From an uncultured Pseudohongiella sp. (lineage in GTDB: Bacteria > Pseudomonadota > Gammaproteobacteria > Pseudomonadales > Pseudohongiellaceae), in assembly GCA_965212375.1 (NCBI GenBank), contig OZ243108.1:2436353-2500352 (forward strand): DNA of 64,000 bases. The letters run 5' to 3'. The position numbers and the translations under genes are program-made. Below the pieces are notes generated by a model, which ran no database searches, had not been told where the DNA came from, and saw only the letters and a list, made by a program, of their open reading frames with translations. Below, piece by piece: positions 63,323-64,000 of the stretch (position 1 is the first letter of the stretch; each line of letters starts with the position of its first letter).

Positions 63323-64000
63323 TTAGCTGGAGCGGAAAAACACATTGCTTGAAATCGGGTCTCTGGTGGTACGCGTCCGGTTTGCTGGCACTGACTCGTC
63401 TTCGTAGCCAAAGCTTATCCCGAATAAAATTTTCGTGCCATCGTGTATGTCAAACGCCTCGCGGACCAGATCCGGGTAGTTGCGCATGGTGCCCATGGGG
63501 CAACTGTGGATGCCAAACGCCACCATGGCAAGCATCAGCGTTTGCGCCCACATGCCGACGTCGATTGCCACCGTGGTGCCAAACGCCGGGTCCATCCCTA
63601 TGAAGGCAATGTGTGGGGCATCGAAAAACTCGAAATTACGCAGCACAGCATATTTGCGCCCTTCCTTGTCATGGCGCTCGATGCCCATTTCCGAATACAG
63701 TGCAACCGCGCACTCCACCTGCCGCTTGCGGTATTCATTCTCAAAATCGCCACGGTAGTCATAGTCCGGGTTCGGCGGCACTCCGCTCGCGGTATTGTCG
63801 ACCATTTGCTGTCGAAGCCGGTCCTTCAACTCGCCGGAGGCGATGTAGGCCTTCCAGGGCTGTACGTTACAGTTCGACGGTGCCTGCTGGGCAATAGTGA
63901 AAATTCGCTCGAGCACCTCGGGCGGCACCGGTTTGTCGAGAAAGCCGCGCACTGACCGGCGCGTAGAGATGGCGTCCAGCAGGCTGATATCTGGACCGGA
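63323..64000 (-). CDS. nitroreductase family protein (5' end just outside window)
   Basis: The track ORF starts at GTG 63952, but the frame stays open to the window edge. The upstream residues (SGPDISLLDAISTRRSVRGF) are the typical nitroreductase N-terminal motif. Confidence 0.8.
   Translation of the reverse strand, partial: SGPDISLLDAISTRRSVRGFLDKPVPPEVLERIFTIAQQAPSNCNVQPWKAYIASGELKDRLRQQMVDNTASGVPPNPDYDYRGDFENEYRKRQVECAVALYSEMGIERHDKEGRKYAVLRNFEFFDAPHIAFIGMDPAFGTTVAIDVGMWAQTLMLAMVAFGIHSCPMGTMRNYPDLVREAFDIHDGTKILFGISFGYEDESVPANRTRTTRDPISSNVFFRSS

Overview
The window looks like a gammaproteobacterial chromosome segment with three parts. (1) Positions 1 to about 11,100 are visibly AT-richer. 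They read as an integron-type gene-cassette array: +-strand ORFs separated by attC-like imperfect palindromes. No intI is in the window. The array carries an IS3-family element, an IS110/IS1111-like element sitting inside an attC, a DUF4062 (TIR-like) cassette, hydrolase and reductase cassettes, tiny membrane-peptide ORFs and a 94-bp long-stem hairpin repeat family. (2) Positions 11.2-45.7 kb are GC-richer core genome. They hold metabolic genes, including a SET-domain / atypical PLP-decarboxylase / GNAT-nitrilase neighbourhood, a TonB-dependent receptor, and a compact polar-flagellum cluster (fliG-fliMNOPQR-flhBA-flhF-flhG-fliA-motAB). That cluster has a consensus sigma54 promoter, a FleQ-like box and a divergent fliK-like/flhB-CTD-like pair. 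(3) Positions 45.7-51.7 kb are a tRNA-Arg(UCG)-anchored region. A highly structured repeat that mimics the tRNA 3' end occurs three times in tandem with an exact 200-bp period. A fourth copy lies 4 kb away and is split by an IS30-family element. The repeats bracket a four-gene islet. The rest encodes two tandem paralogous hybrid histidine kinases, a cytochrome-c-fused PQQ dehydrogenase, tag, a VOC protein and a nitroreductase. No rRNA or CRISPR array was seen. All functional calls come from motif recognition by eye, and none has been checked against a database.
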